Part shown: piece after piece, positions 35,926 through 43,941 of the stretch
How positions within the stretch are numbered: position 1 is the first letter of the stretch
How the letters are laid out: each line of letters begins with the position of its first letter
Source of the DNA: a virus
Lineage: Duplodnaviria > Caudoviricetes
IMG/VR virus record: IMGVR_UViG_3300048574_000442
Span: 1-45,487 of that record
DNA length: 45,487 nt
Strand: one strand, 5' to 3'
Notes under the pieces: model-generated
The model's database searches: none
Seen by the model: the letters and a program-made list of their open reading frames with translations, nothing else
Told to the model about the DNA's origin: nothing
Translations under genes and position numbers: made by a program

Positions 35926-36405
35926 TTAAAACGGCATATCATTCAAATCGATTCCGGCCAAACCGTGTTCGTTAATAAAGTCTTTCAACAGACCGATGAA
36001 CTTTTTAAAATAGCAGTTTTGATAGGATTTCCCTTCGGCGTTGGGTTTGTTGGTTTTTAAATTGACTTCCATCACCCGGTCCAACAGGTGGGGCAACAAT
36101 TCCTCCAAATCGCTCAATTGCTTCAATTCAAAGCCCACCTTGGTCAATTCCCCTTTCAACCAGCCGAATCTTTCGGGGTTGTCCAAACTGTTTTGTTTAA
36201 ATATCAACCGTTTTTGGTACTCCCCGGTTAAAACCCGCAACTCCCATTTTAAAAAAACCTTCATTTCATCGGATGTTTCAATATACGCCCTTTCGATATT
36301 CACTTGGTATTTGTTGTCCGGCAATGGATCATATTCACTTTTGGGCGGCTCCGCTTGATTCCATTCATCATCAAACTGTCGTAAATAGTCCTTATAACTG
36401 GCCAT
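35926..36405 (-). CDS. DUF669 single-stranded DNA-binding protein
   Basis: YDPLP..Y.V.I, GEY..R.IF and acidic DMPF tail; Sak4 module context. Confidence 0.8.
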   Translation of the reverse strand: MASYKDYLRQFDDEWNQAEPPKSEYDPLPDNKYQVNIERAYIETSDEMKVFLKWELRVLTGEYQKRLIFKQNSLDNPERFGWLKGELTKVGFELKQLSDLEELLPHLLDRVMEVNLKTNKPNAEGKSYQNCYFKKFIGLLKDFINEHGLAGIDLNDMPF

Positions 36406-36451
36406 TGTATTTACCTCCGTAAAATGTCGCTAATTTGGGATTTTGACTGGT

Positions 36452-36685
36452 TTAGTTGCTGTTTTCTTTATTCATGGCCTGATGGTCGAGCCATTGAAGA
36501 AATAGATGCGTTGGCACATACCATTTCCGGCCAATTTTTATGGATGGAAAATCTTTACGATGGAAGAGTTCGTATACCGCATTAATACTCAGATTTGGCA
36601 TATGGTCCCCACAAAAGAATTTCTTTTTAATGGTTTCCGGGTCCAGCAGTCTCGGCAAATCGTTAGTATTATTCAACTTTATCAC
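36452..36685 (-). CDS. Excisionase-like HTH protein
   Basis: VYEL...FPSIKIGRKWYVP..F..W motif. Confidence 0.75.
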   Translation of the reverse strand: MIKLNNTNDLPRLLDPETIKKKFFCGDHMPNLSINAVYELFHRKDFPSIKIGRKWYVPTHLFLQWLDHQAMNKENSN

Positions 36686-36703
36686 CCCAGATTAAATTTT
36701 TTG

Positions 36704-37405
36704 TTATTTGGCTCCGGCAATCGCTTTGTCAAACGCTTCCCTGATTGCCTGATATGACATATTAAGATCCGGTGGCAATTTCCCGGTGCGATCCCCGGCC
36801 TCCCAGTTTTCCGAAGGTTTGGTCTTAATAACCCGTTTAAAACCATCCGGCGTTAGTTCCGCTGTGATGAAAAAGATAAAATCACAGAGCGGCAGGATAA
36901 TCTCTTTGGCCTGTTTGCTCATAGTGGGGACCCATTTGGTAATCGTGCCGGTGCGGGTCTTGATTTCAATGGGTTCGCCGTGACTGATAAATACCAAGCC
37001 ATATTTTAAATGGCTCAGTTTATTGACGGCCCGGAAAAACTCCTCTTTAACAAGGTGCCAGCCCTTGCCCCAATCCAGGTCGCTTTCATGCTGGATATTA
37101 TTTTTCTTGCAGATATAAAGGGAACAGAATTTGAACAAATTATCCACCGTATCAATAACAATCGTTTTATACCGGTGGTCGCCCTTGGCAATCTCGGCGC
37201 AGGCGGCTAAAAAGGTTTCCCAGTCGGGAATGTCCACCGGATAAACTTCCAGGGAATTCAGGCCCGGTTCGGTCGCCATAAACAAGGGTTCATTAAACTC
37301 ATTCGCCAGAGTGGACTTCCCGATCTTTGGCGCGCCGTAAATTAGGGAAATATACTCGTTAAAATTGGCTTTGGGCTTGGTCTTTTCTTTGGGCAGCAAT
37401 GACAA
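36704..37405 (-). CDS. Sak4-like AAA recombinase (single-strand annealing)
   Basis: YGAPKIGKST, TIVIDT, GKGW and FISH motifs. Confidence 0.85.
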   Translation of the reverse strand: MSLLPKEKTKPKANFNEYISLIYGAPKIGKSTLANEFNEPLFMATEPGLNSLEVYPVDIPDWETFLAACAEIAKGDHRYKTIVIDTVDNLFKFCSLYICKKNNIQHESDLDWGKGWHLVKEEFFRAVNKLSHLKYGLVFISHGEPIEIKTRTGTITKWVPTMSKQAKEIILPLCDFIFFITAELTPDGFKRVIKTKPSENWEAGDRTGKLPPDLNMSYQAIREAFDKAIAGAK

Positions 37406-37419
37406 TAAAGTTAACCCCC

Positions 37420-37905
37420 CTATCCCACTTTTAGATATTCTTTATCCGTAACCAATACCGCCCCGTTCACCGGATGGCCATTCATTAATAACTCCTTGAT
37501 GGCTTTTTTATCCGGTTCTTTCTTCACTATCACACATTCGGGCGGCAATAAATTGGGATCAATAATTTCAACGCTTGGTGGACATTTCCGAAACGCGAGA
37601 GGGACAATTCCGGCAATCTTCTTTAAGTTCGCTTGTTTTAAATTGGTTTCCAGGTAAATCTTGAGGTTATCATATTTGTTTTCAAGCGCCGATTGCATTT
37701 CGGCCAAGCGTTTCTTCTCACATTTGACGGCTTCGATGTCGCTATCGATATTCTTGAGCAGTTTGGCGATATTTTGGGCTTTGTCCGTTAATTCCGCCTC
37801 AATCCCAATCGCCGCTTCCAAAACAACTTGCCCGTCGATGGCGGGATCGTCCAAAAGCTCGACAAGGTTCCTGTATTGCCCGGTTAGCTCATAGAGTTTT
37901 GGCAT
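37420..37905 (-). CDS. Siphovirus Gp157 family protein
   Basis: Likely start MPKLYELT at 37905; K..NIA, E.KRL, PPSV, PDKKAIK and V.GA.L motifs. Confidence 0.88.
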   Translation of the reverse strand: MPKLYELTGQYRNLVELLDDPAIDGQVVLEAAIGIEAELTDKAQNIAKLLKNIDSDIEAVKCEKKRLAEMQSALENKYDNLKIYLETNLKQANLKKIAGIVPLAFRKCPPSVEIIDPNLLPPECVIVKKEPDKKAIKELLMNGHPVNGAVLVTDKEYLKVG

Positions 37906-38014
37906 TCTTCTTCCCCTTTTTTGATATTTTTTGACTTTGGTCTTTATCCCGGCAATAACAACAATAACCCGAAGCGCAAAATCGTCCACATTTGCATTGT
38001 TTAAAAGGTTTCAT
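37889..38014 (-). CDS. 41-aa Cys-rich microprotein
   Basis: Not in the ORF track. MKPFKQCKCGRFCASGYCCYCRDKDQSQKISKKGKKNAKTL, RBS GAGG; fills the gap in the early operon. Confidence 0.5.
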   Translation of the reverse strand: MKPFKQCKCGRFCASGYCCYCRDKDQSQKISKKGKKNAKTL

Positions 38015-38022
38015 GGTCTGCC

Positions 38023-38229
38023 TCAATTCGTATCAACTATTACAAAGGCTTTATCATCACGTTTGCTTACCGTACCGCCCAGATTAAACTTGTTACAAAG
38101 GTTAATCAGTTCCAGGTCGCTCGGCCACTCGCCCGAAATCCTCTCAACGCTATAAATATCCCGGTTTACACCGGGAGTGGCTAAAATTACCCGGAACACC
38201 CGACCATTAATCACTTCAAGCCTTTCCAT
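38023..38229 (-). CDS. Hypothetical protein
   Basis: 68-aa ORF in the early operon with a plausible RBS. Confidence 0.6.
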   Translation of the reverse strand: MERLEVINGRVFRVILATPGVNRDIYSVERISGEWPSDLELINLCNKFNLGGTVSKRDDKAFVIVDTN

Positions 38230-38277
38230 TGATTCTGCCCTTTCTATTTGGCTACTGCCATTTCGGGAGCCATATGA

Positions 38278-39054
38278 TTATTCGTAGAGGATCTTTTCAG
38301 GAATCCGCTTTGAATTGCGGTTAAAATTGTAAAGCTTGAGAATCGCTATAGCATACGGGGTGTAAATGCTATTTGAAGGATTCCCCAGGGATCGTCCTTC
38401 GCGTAACACCTTGCAGGCTTCGTAGCGCCGCATTTTGGTGATATAATCTTTATCAGAAAACAGCTTTCCGGCCTTGGCGATGAATATCTTCATGCCAAAA
38501 AGCATATGGCTGTCCAACGATTCCGGCGCGCCATCCCAGGTTTCTTTTAAAAGAGTTAAGAGTCTCCGTAAGTCGGTACTTCCAAGTTGCCGGTAAATCC
38601 GATCAATAGTGGTTAAGGCCATGATGGTGTTTTGTGATAATCTTTTATGAATACCGAGAATCAACCCGCAACTTTCCACAATACTTTTAATCTCTACAGC
38701 AGCCGGGTCCCCAGCCTCCAAACGGCCAATGAAAATTTCGGAAGGAGTTAAACGCTTTCGGTTATTGTTAAAAGCAACAAATAACCGCGCTTCCTGCATG
38801 GGAGTTAAATCGAAATAAACATTGCAGTCCACCGAACTAATATTTTTTTTACGAAGCGCATATAACCGGTGCTGGCCGTCAATCACATAATAGCCGTCTT
38901 GACGTTTGGAAACGATCAAACTTCCAACCAAACCGGGATCGAATTCGCTGATAAGCTTTTTAATATGGGATTCCGACAAAAACCGCTGATAGGAAATATC
39001 GACTTTCAATTGATCCACTGGTATATATTGGCTAACATGCTTATAACTCTTCAT
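38278..39054 (-). CDS. DUF6551-like protein (ParB/Srx-fold N-terminus)
   Basis: VDISYQR, YYVIDGQHR and QEARLF..N motifs. Confidence 0.75.
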   Translation of the reverse strand: MKSYKHVSQYIPVDQLKVDISYQRFLSESHIKKLISEFDPGLVGSLIVSKRQDGYYVIDGQHRLYALRKKNISSVDCNVYFDLTPMQEARLFVAFNNNRKRLTPSEIFIGRLEAGDPAAVEIKSIVESCGLILGIHKRLSQNTIMALTTIDRIYRQLGSTDLRRLLTLLKETWDGAPESLDSHMLFGMKIFIAKAGKLFSDKDYITKMRRYEACKVLREGRSLGNPSNSIYTPYAIAILKLYNFNRNSKRIPEKILYE

Positions 39055-39943
39055 CTAACACCCTCCCCATCGGTTTGTTTTGTAAAGCGTTCCTGAAAAT
39101 CTTGATCCATTGTTCAACCTTATCAATTTCACTGCTGATTTGTTTCTTTTCGAATTCAGAGAATAATTGAATCTGATCAAACATCCTTGCATACGGCATT
39201 GCTTCACTTAAAAAGTTATATACAAGGTCTTTGATTTGGGAGACACTGATGATAGTGGGCCTTGTTGAAAGCAAGTTTCCAGAATCCGGTCCGGGAAGCG
39301 CGTGTTGCAGATTCTTCTTTTCGGTTATTTCAAGCTTGGCGGGCTGTTTAATATCCGGCTTGTCCTCCTTTTGTTTGACGGGTTGACCTAATGCTGATTT
39401 AACCTGTTCAAAAGCGGCTCGAATACTGATCTCGTTTTTGTTCATCTTGTCAATAAGCTCGCGCGGCCCATTTTCAACCACGTATTTGGCGCGTTCATAA
39501 GTGCGGCCACTGCCAAATCCCACTTTTTGGGCTACGATATCTCTAGTCCTACCTCTACCCTGTGGTCCCAGGTCCCCAGGGTCAACTTTTTTGCCGGACT
39601 TTTCACGTTCAAGTGCCTTTATCTTTTGAACCTGCTCCACTTCTCTGCCCCAAGCAGCCCTTTCTTCCGGCGTAAAGTCTTTCCGGCATTCATTCTCGGA
39701 AATCTGGCAATTAAGTTCGTGTTCATAATCTTCAATATTTATAATGCTTACATCGGTTTGAGTGTCCCCTAACTGCTTGAGTGCCATTAACCGGCGTTCT
39801 CCGGCAATCAGAATATAATCGGGAGTAACCACGATAGGTTCAATTAGTCCATTTTTCTCAATATCTTGAGCTAAACTATTGATATCGCCATAATCTTTAC
39901 GAATACGATTTTTAACTTGAATTTTGGAAATATAAACTAACAT
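39041..39943 (-). CDS. ParB N-terminal domain protein with HTH
   Basis: Likely start MLVYISKI at 39943 after AAGGAGG; GLIEPIVV, LIAGERRL, EN..RKDFT, then VAQKVGFGSGRTY. Confidence 0.85.
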   Translation of the reverse strand: MLVYISKIQVKNRIRKDYGDINSLAQDIEKNGLIEPIVVTPDYILIAGERRLMALKQLGDTQTDVSIINIEDYEHELNCQISENECRKDFTPEERAAWGREVEQVQKIKALEREKSGKKVDPGDLGPQGRGRTRDIVAQKVGFGSGRTYERAKYVVENGPRELIDKMNKNEISIRAAFEQVKSALGQPVKQKEDKPDIKQPAKLEITEKKNLQHALPGPDSGNLLSTRPTIISVSQIKDLVYNFLSEAMPYARMFDQIQLFSEFEKKQISSEIDKVEQWIKIFRNALQNKPMGRVLDEEL

Positions 39944-39978
39944 ATACTCCTCCTTGATGCCGACCCTTGAATCGCCCG

Positions 39979-40326
39979 TCAAACAACATACTGGATCAGC
40001 ATCTCTTTTATAATCGCGGTGTAAATCTCCCGTAATTTCGGATCAGCTTCAATTGCGTCAAGCCTGGAGGTTCCGTTGATCATGATCCTGCTGGCCCCGG
40101 ATTGCTTTAATCTATTCCATAAATTGAAAAGATGAGTCTCAAGGTAACATCTGCTTCGTTCTTCTAATAACTGGTAACTTTCGACTTTAATTTCACAATA
40201 TAAGCGCCCACCGGCTTGGGCGATTTGTTTTAAGCTTTCATCAACCCAATTCCGCCAATTATCATTGTGCCGGGAGTCATTAACTGGATCAATAGATGGG
40301 TTCTCTCTCATCACACCTGCCCTCAT
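39979..40326 (-). CDS. Standalone phage antirepressor C-terminal-like domain
   Basis: NWR..V, ESY..LE.R and LD.IE.DPKL.EIY..IIKEM resemble the C-termini of Bacillota antirepressors. Confidence 0.65.
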   Translation of the reverse strand: MRAGVMRENPSIDPVNDSRHNDNWRNWVDESLKQIAQAGGRLYCEIKVESYQLLEERSRCYLETHLFNLWNRLKQSGASRIMINGTSRLDAIEADPKLREIYTAIIKEMLIQYVV

Positions 40327-40385
40327 TTGTTTTCATCTCCTTCCAGAAACAATTATTATATTTGTTCGTCCCTGTTCGGTTACAT

Positions 40386-40589
40386 TTAAGGCAAAAAAAA
40401 CAGCTTTTCTATTTTTTGTTCGGGAAACGCTTTAAGAAACCCGGTAATCAAACACCTGCCCGCTCCCCGGTCCCCTTTAATCCAACGGCAAATTGTTGTG
40501 GGCGAGACACCGGATTGACGAGCTAATTCGGCATAACTCCATCGTTTTCTTCTTGTCAGTTTTAAAATATATTCCTTGTTGGGAATCAT
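40386..40589 (-). CDS. Cro-like XRE HTH regulator
   Basis: WSYAELARQSGVSPTTICRW..G.R; divergent from the repressor. Confidence 0.88.
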   Translation of the reverse strand: MIPNKEYILKLTRRKRWSYAELARQSGVSPTTICRWIKGDRGAGRCLITGFLKAFPEQKIEKLFFLP

Positions 40590-40618
40590 ATAATCACCTC
40601 ATCTATTTGGTCGGTTAA

Positions 40619-40717
40619 CTGGGGACAAAATAATTGTATCAACCCCGAAACCGATTGTCAAATGGAAAATATTTTTGTATTGCCAAATGGTTACGGATCG
40701 ATTATAATAGTCCCCAG
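40619..40717. promoter_or_regulatory. Divergent cro/cI promoters and operators (genetic switch)
   Basis: Minus: TTGACA(40661)-17-TACAAT. Plus: TTGCCA(40680)-17-TATAAT. Repeated TTGYCAAATGG; flanking inverted repeat CTGGGGAC/GTCCCCAG. Confidence 0.8.
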
Positions 40718-40728
40718 GGGGTGGAATT

Positions 40729-41658
40729 TTGGGTATTCACGAATTTATTCAGAAATTACGGGAGGATCGCAACTTATCCCAGCGGCGCTTGGGTGAGTTA
40801 TCCGGCATCAGTAATACGGAAATATCTCGGATCGAGTCCGGGGAACGCAAGGAAGTGTCCCCGTTAATTTTAAAAGCGATTGCGCCTCATCTGGGTGTTT
40901 CTTATGGAAAACTAATGCAAGTTGCTGGCTATATTGACACCGCAGGAAATATTTTAAAAAAGCGGCGGGAATCCATGGATATTCCCCTTGAGAAATGCGC
41001 CGAATACTCCCGCCTGCCAGTCGATACTGTCGCCAAAATTGAAAACAACCTGGAGGCGGAAGAAGTCTCGATTGAGGATTGGGTTAGTTATGGAAAGGCT
41101 TTAAATCTCAACCGGAGCCAAGTCTTGCTAATCAAATCCTATGATTTCATGACTTTTAATATCGACCATTTTGACCGGATTTTTACGGCCAATATAGTTA
41201 CCCCCAATTATGACGAAATCCTTAAAAATGAATTTGTCGAATACATTGACTCTTATCTTAAGCCCATCGGGAAAATGGCTAGAATCCCGGTTTTGGGCAT
41301 TATTCATGCGGGGATGCCAATTCATACCGAAGAAAACATTATTGACTATGAAGTCCTGCCAGTGGCCGAAGTAAGCGATGGCGATTATTTCTATTTGGAG
41401 GTTACGGGCGACAGCATGATCGAGGCCCATATTCTGCCCGGTTCCCGGATTTTAGTCCGCCAGCAAGAGTCTTTAAAAGATGGCGAAATTGGAGTATTTT
41501 TAATTAAGGACGAGGAGACATGCGTAAAAAAGATAATGCGATCAAGAAGAAGCGTGGTTCTCTATGCCGCCAATAAGGAATATGCGCCACAGATTTATGA
41601 TGACGGCGATGTAAAAATATTTGGCAAGGTAATCAAGACAGTAATAAGGTTTGAGTAG
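40729..41658 (+). CDS. CI/LexA-type repressor with two XRE HTH domains and S24 peptidase
   Basis: LSQRRLGELSGIS..ISRIESG, a second HTH (LKKRRE..LEKCAE), AG cleavage site (IHAG), GDSM and VKK catalytic residues. Confidence 0.92.
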   Translation: MGIHEFIQKLREDRNLSQRRLGELSGISNTEISRIESGERKEVSPLILKAIAPHLGVSYGKLMQVAGYIDTAGNILKKRRESMDIPLEKCAEYSRLPVDTVAKIENNLEAEEVSIEDWVSYGKALNLNRSQVLLIKSYDFMTFNIDHFDRIFTANIVTPNYDEILKNEFVEYIDSYLKPIGKMARIPVLGIIHAGMPIHTEENIIDYEVLPVAEVSDGDYFYLEVTGDSMIEAHILPGSRILVRQQESLKDGEIGVFLIKDEETCVKKIMRSRRSVVLYAANKEYAPQIYDDGDVKIFGKVIKTVIRFE

Positions 41659-41662
41659 CGGA

Positions 41663-41687
41663 AAAATAAAAGCCTCATTTAGAGGCC
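41663..41687 (-). terminator. Hairpin terminator between cI and the convergent cassette
   Basis: Minus strand GCCTC-TAAAT-GAGGC followed by TTTTATTTTT. Confidence 0.5.
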
Positions 41688-41813
41688 GACATTTCTTTAT
41701 TAATCATTTCCTGAAGCATTTTAGCGGGTGTGTTTTTTCTTTTAATGGCTTCAAGTTTAAGCCATTCGATTTACGCGGGCGGCAGATTGGTGGTGTATTT
41801 AATTATTGTTCAT
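41675..41813 (-). pseudogene. Ribbon-helix-helix pseudogene
   Basis: Reads ..IIKYTTNLPPA*IEWLKLEAIKRKNTPAKMLQEMINKEMSASK*. In-frame TAA at 41771-41773; the ATG at 41813 (after GGAG) is one base out of frame. Confidence 0.65.
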
Positions 41814-42036
41814 TGTGGCAACATCTCCAGTAAAAAGTAATCTTTAATCGCTTGTTTTTGATTTGTTCTTCGGTTTTCCCAGTTATCCTAGCAAGTTGTT
41901 TAACGGATCTTCTTGCTTGGCACCATCTGTCATGGCTTCCGCCGTATATTAGAAGGCTTCCAAATCGAGTGGCTATATATTGCCGGTATATCCCGGCGTC
42001 AAAATCGCTATTTACTAATTCGCTATAAGTAATCAT
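41803..42036 (-). CDS. Hypothetical protein, first gene of the second palindrome-controlled cassette
   Basis: RBS AAGGAG with ATG at 42036; downstream of the promoter at 42081-42108. Confidence 0.6.
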   Translation of the reverse strand: MITYSELVNSDFDAGIYRQYIATRFGSLLIYGGSHDRWCQARRSVKQLARITGKTEEQIKNKRLKITFYWRCCHNEQ

Positions 42037-42080
42037 CTCAAGCACTCCTTAATTTTATTTATCCTCTTTGCCTTGACTTG

Positions 42081-42108
42081 ATTATACTACGTATTTACGT
42101 AAATGCAA
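42081..42108 (-). promoter_or_regulatory. Sigma-A promoter carrying the same operator as 31408-31427
   Basis: Minus strand TTGCAT-16 nt-TATAAT; ACGTATTTACGTAAAT at 42089-42104. Confidence 0.75.
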
Positions 42109-42147
42109 GTGGATTTGATCGCTCTATTTAATTAAATTCGATATATC

Positions 42148-42181
42148 AAAACCGGGATAAATACCCGGTTTTATTGTTTTT
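42148..42181. terminator. Bidirectional terminator-like hairpin
   Basis: AAAACCGGG-ATAAATA-CCCGGTTTT. Confidence 0.6.
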
Positions 42182-42716
42182 CACCGAATATAAAATTTTA
42201 CAGTGATTTTAAAAAAGTGATTACATGTGAATAAAGAGCAGGTATGACCAGAAACTTCATTCTTGATGCTTTACTGAGGATGAAATAAACTGATTGACTA
42301 TAAAATAGAAAATCGGTTTTTATTTTTATCTAAAATTAAATTCACGACAATTTTAAGATAGATAAGGAATCCAACCGTTTTGTATACTCATTTTTACTCG
42401 ATGATTTTCAGCCGTTACACCAAAAAAGTTCCACTATATGAAGCCATCATTGGGTCCATAAACTTTATAAAAGATTATCGCTTGATGCTATTGCTTTTTA
42501 TCGAAACCCATTTTACAATCAACCATGCCATCGTGATATTCAGGTTTTCAACGATGAGCATTGATTGCAAAAACTGGAGGTGGCGTAAAGGCAATAACAA
42601 AAATCTAGTAATACCAACCTATTTATTGAGTAGATACCGAAAAGCGGGTGATTGGAAAATATTTTTTTAACCCAAATCAGTATTACCCAGTATTACTAAG
42701 TTTAAAGGTGGTGCAA

Positions 42717-43775
42717 ATGATGGATAACACTTGGAAAAGAATCAAGCCATATATAACGTTAACCAATATAATCTATAGCATTCTGCTTTCATTCTCCTGT
42801 TACATGTTGATTAACTATTTAACGGATATGGTCGACGGTTCGGATGTCAAGCGGGGAATCGGGCTATTCGCAATCTGCTTGGATACGGGCGCACAATATG
42901 TTTTTATTACGGCGCTTACCGAATGGAGCCGGGGCCAGTGGAAGAAGAGGCTTTATAAACACCGGATAGCGGCGATTATTTTACTGCTTATTTTCGGGCT
43001 TTATGAAACCTGCTTTGCGTTTCCGTCGTCAATCAGTTTCTTTTTGGTGCAAGTTGATAAAAAGGAAAAGGCCAACCAAGCTCTTATTACCCAAGTTACT
43101 GACAACCGGGATAAATTGAAGGATATTAACGATGAATTGGCGGCGCTAAATATCGGATTAATGGCGGAAGCGAAAACCACTATACGGCAAAACGGCCAAA
43201 GTATTATTGAACGAAAAAAAGAACTACAAAAGCAACGGGATGAACTAGAAAAAGGCAACGGTAAAACAGCGAAAGTTATTGATAAAATCGCCACAAGCGC
43301 CGTGAATTCCTTTGATGTAACTGCCGAAAACTTTGGAATTCCGAAAAGGCGCGCGAAAGTACTTACTTTTGGAATAGCGATATTTTTATTACGGGTTTTA
43401 ATGATTCTTTTCTGCATTAAGATTAAAGGGGAACAGGTGGTAGCGGTTAAAAGCACTTTACCCGGTACGCCGCCGGAAGAAAACCCGGAAGAAGTACTTC
43501 GCGGGGATTCAGATAACTACAAAAAAGAGCTTTTAGATTTTATCGAAGCACTTTTCGGCGATAACAAAAAGCTTAATGGTGATCCGGTGGTTTCCCAAAA
43601 GACCGGAATCCCCCCGGAACGGTGCGCCAAGTATCGAAAATATTTAAGCGAGTTACATATCGGAGATAAACCGGCGATTCACAAATCACAGGGGGGTTCT
43701 GTTTCAAACTTTCCCAAAGAAGAGCTACGAGATTTTATCAAAGGGGGAATAACCCATGATCCAAGTTTCTCTTAA
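42717..43775 (+). CDS. Membrane protein: 3 TM, coiled coil, 1 TM, C-terminal HTH-like domain
   Basis: Likely start MMDNTW at 42717 after AAAGGTGG; hydrophobic segments, heptads, and VVSQKTGIPPERCAKYRKYL. Confidence 0.7.
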   Translation: MMDNTWKRIKPYITLTNIIYSILLSFSCYMLINYLTDMVDGSDVKRGIGLFAICLDTGAQYVFITALTEWSRGQWKKRLYKHRIAAIILLLIFGLYETCFAFPSSISFFLVQVDKKEKANQALITQVTDNRDKLKDINDELAALNIGLMAEAKTTIRQNGQSIIERKKELQKQRDELEKGNGKTAKVIDKIATSAVNSFDVTAENFGIPKRRAKVLTFGIAIFLLRVLMILFCIKIKGEQVVAVKSTLPGTPPEENPEEVLRGDSDNYKKELLDFIEALFGDNKKLNGDPVVSQKTGIPPERCAKYRKYLSELHIGDKPAIHKSQGGSVSNFPKEELRDFIKGGITHDPSFS

Positions 43776-43941
43776 GATTGATGAAAATGACGATCCGGTT
43801 TTGGCGGCGTGGGTATTGAAATTTAAGGGAAAAAAGTCAAAGGAACTTTCAGCCAACATCCGGCGAATTTTACGAATTTACATAAACGGACAGGCACCGG
43901 GCAGCCGGGCCGAGAAAGGAAGGGCTAAAGATGAGATATAA
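43756..43941 (+). CDS. Ribbon-helix-helix / ParR-like protein
   Basis: MIQVSLKID...LAAWV...LSANIRRILRIY; RBS AAGGGGG; overlaps both neighbours. Confidence 0.6.
   Translation: MIQVSLKIDENDDPVLAAWVLKFKGKKSKELSANIRRILRIYINGQAPGSRAEKGRAKDEI

Noticed and set aside
42274-42290. Hammerhead ribozyme core (CTGAGGA...GAAA)
   Set aside because: There is no stem II between the two motifs and no flanking helices.
42380-42670. 96-aa ORF
   Set aside because: TTG start, no recognisable motif, and it overlaps probable regulatory repeats; more likely decayed sequence.
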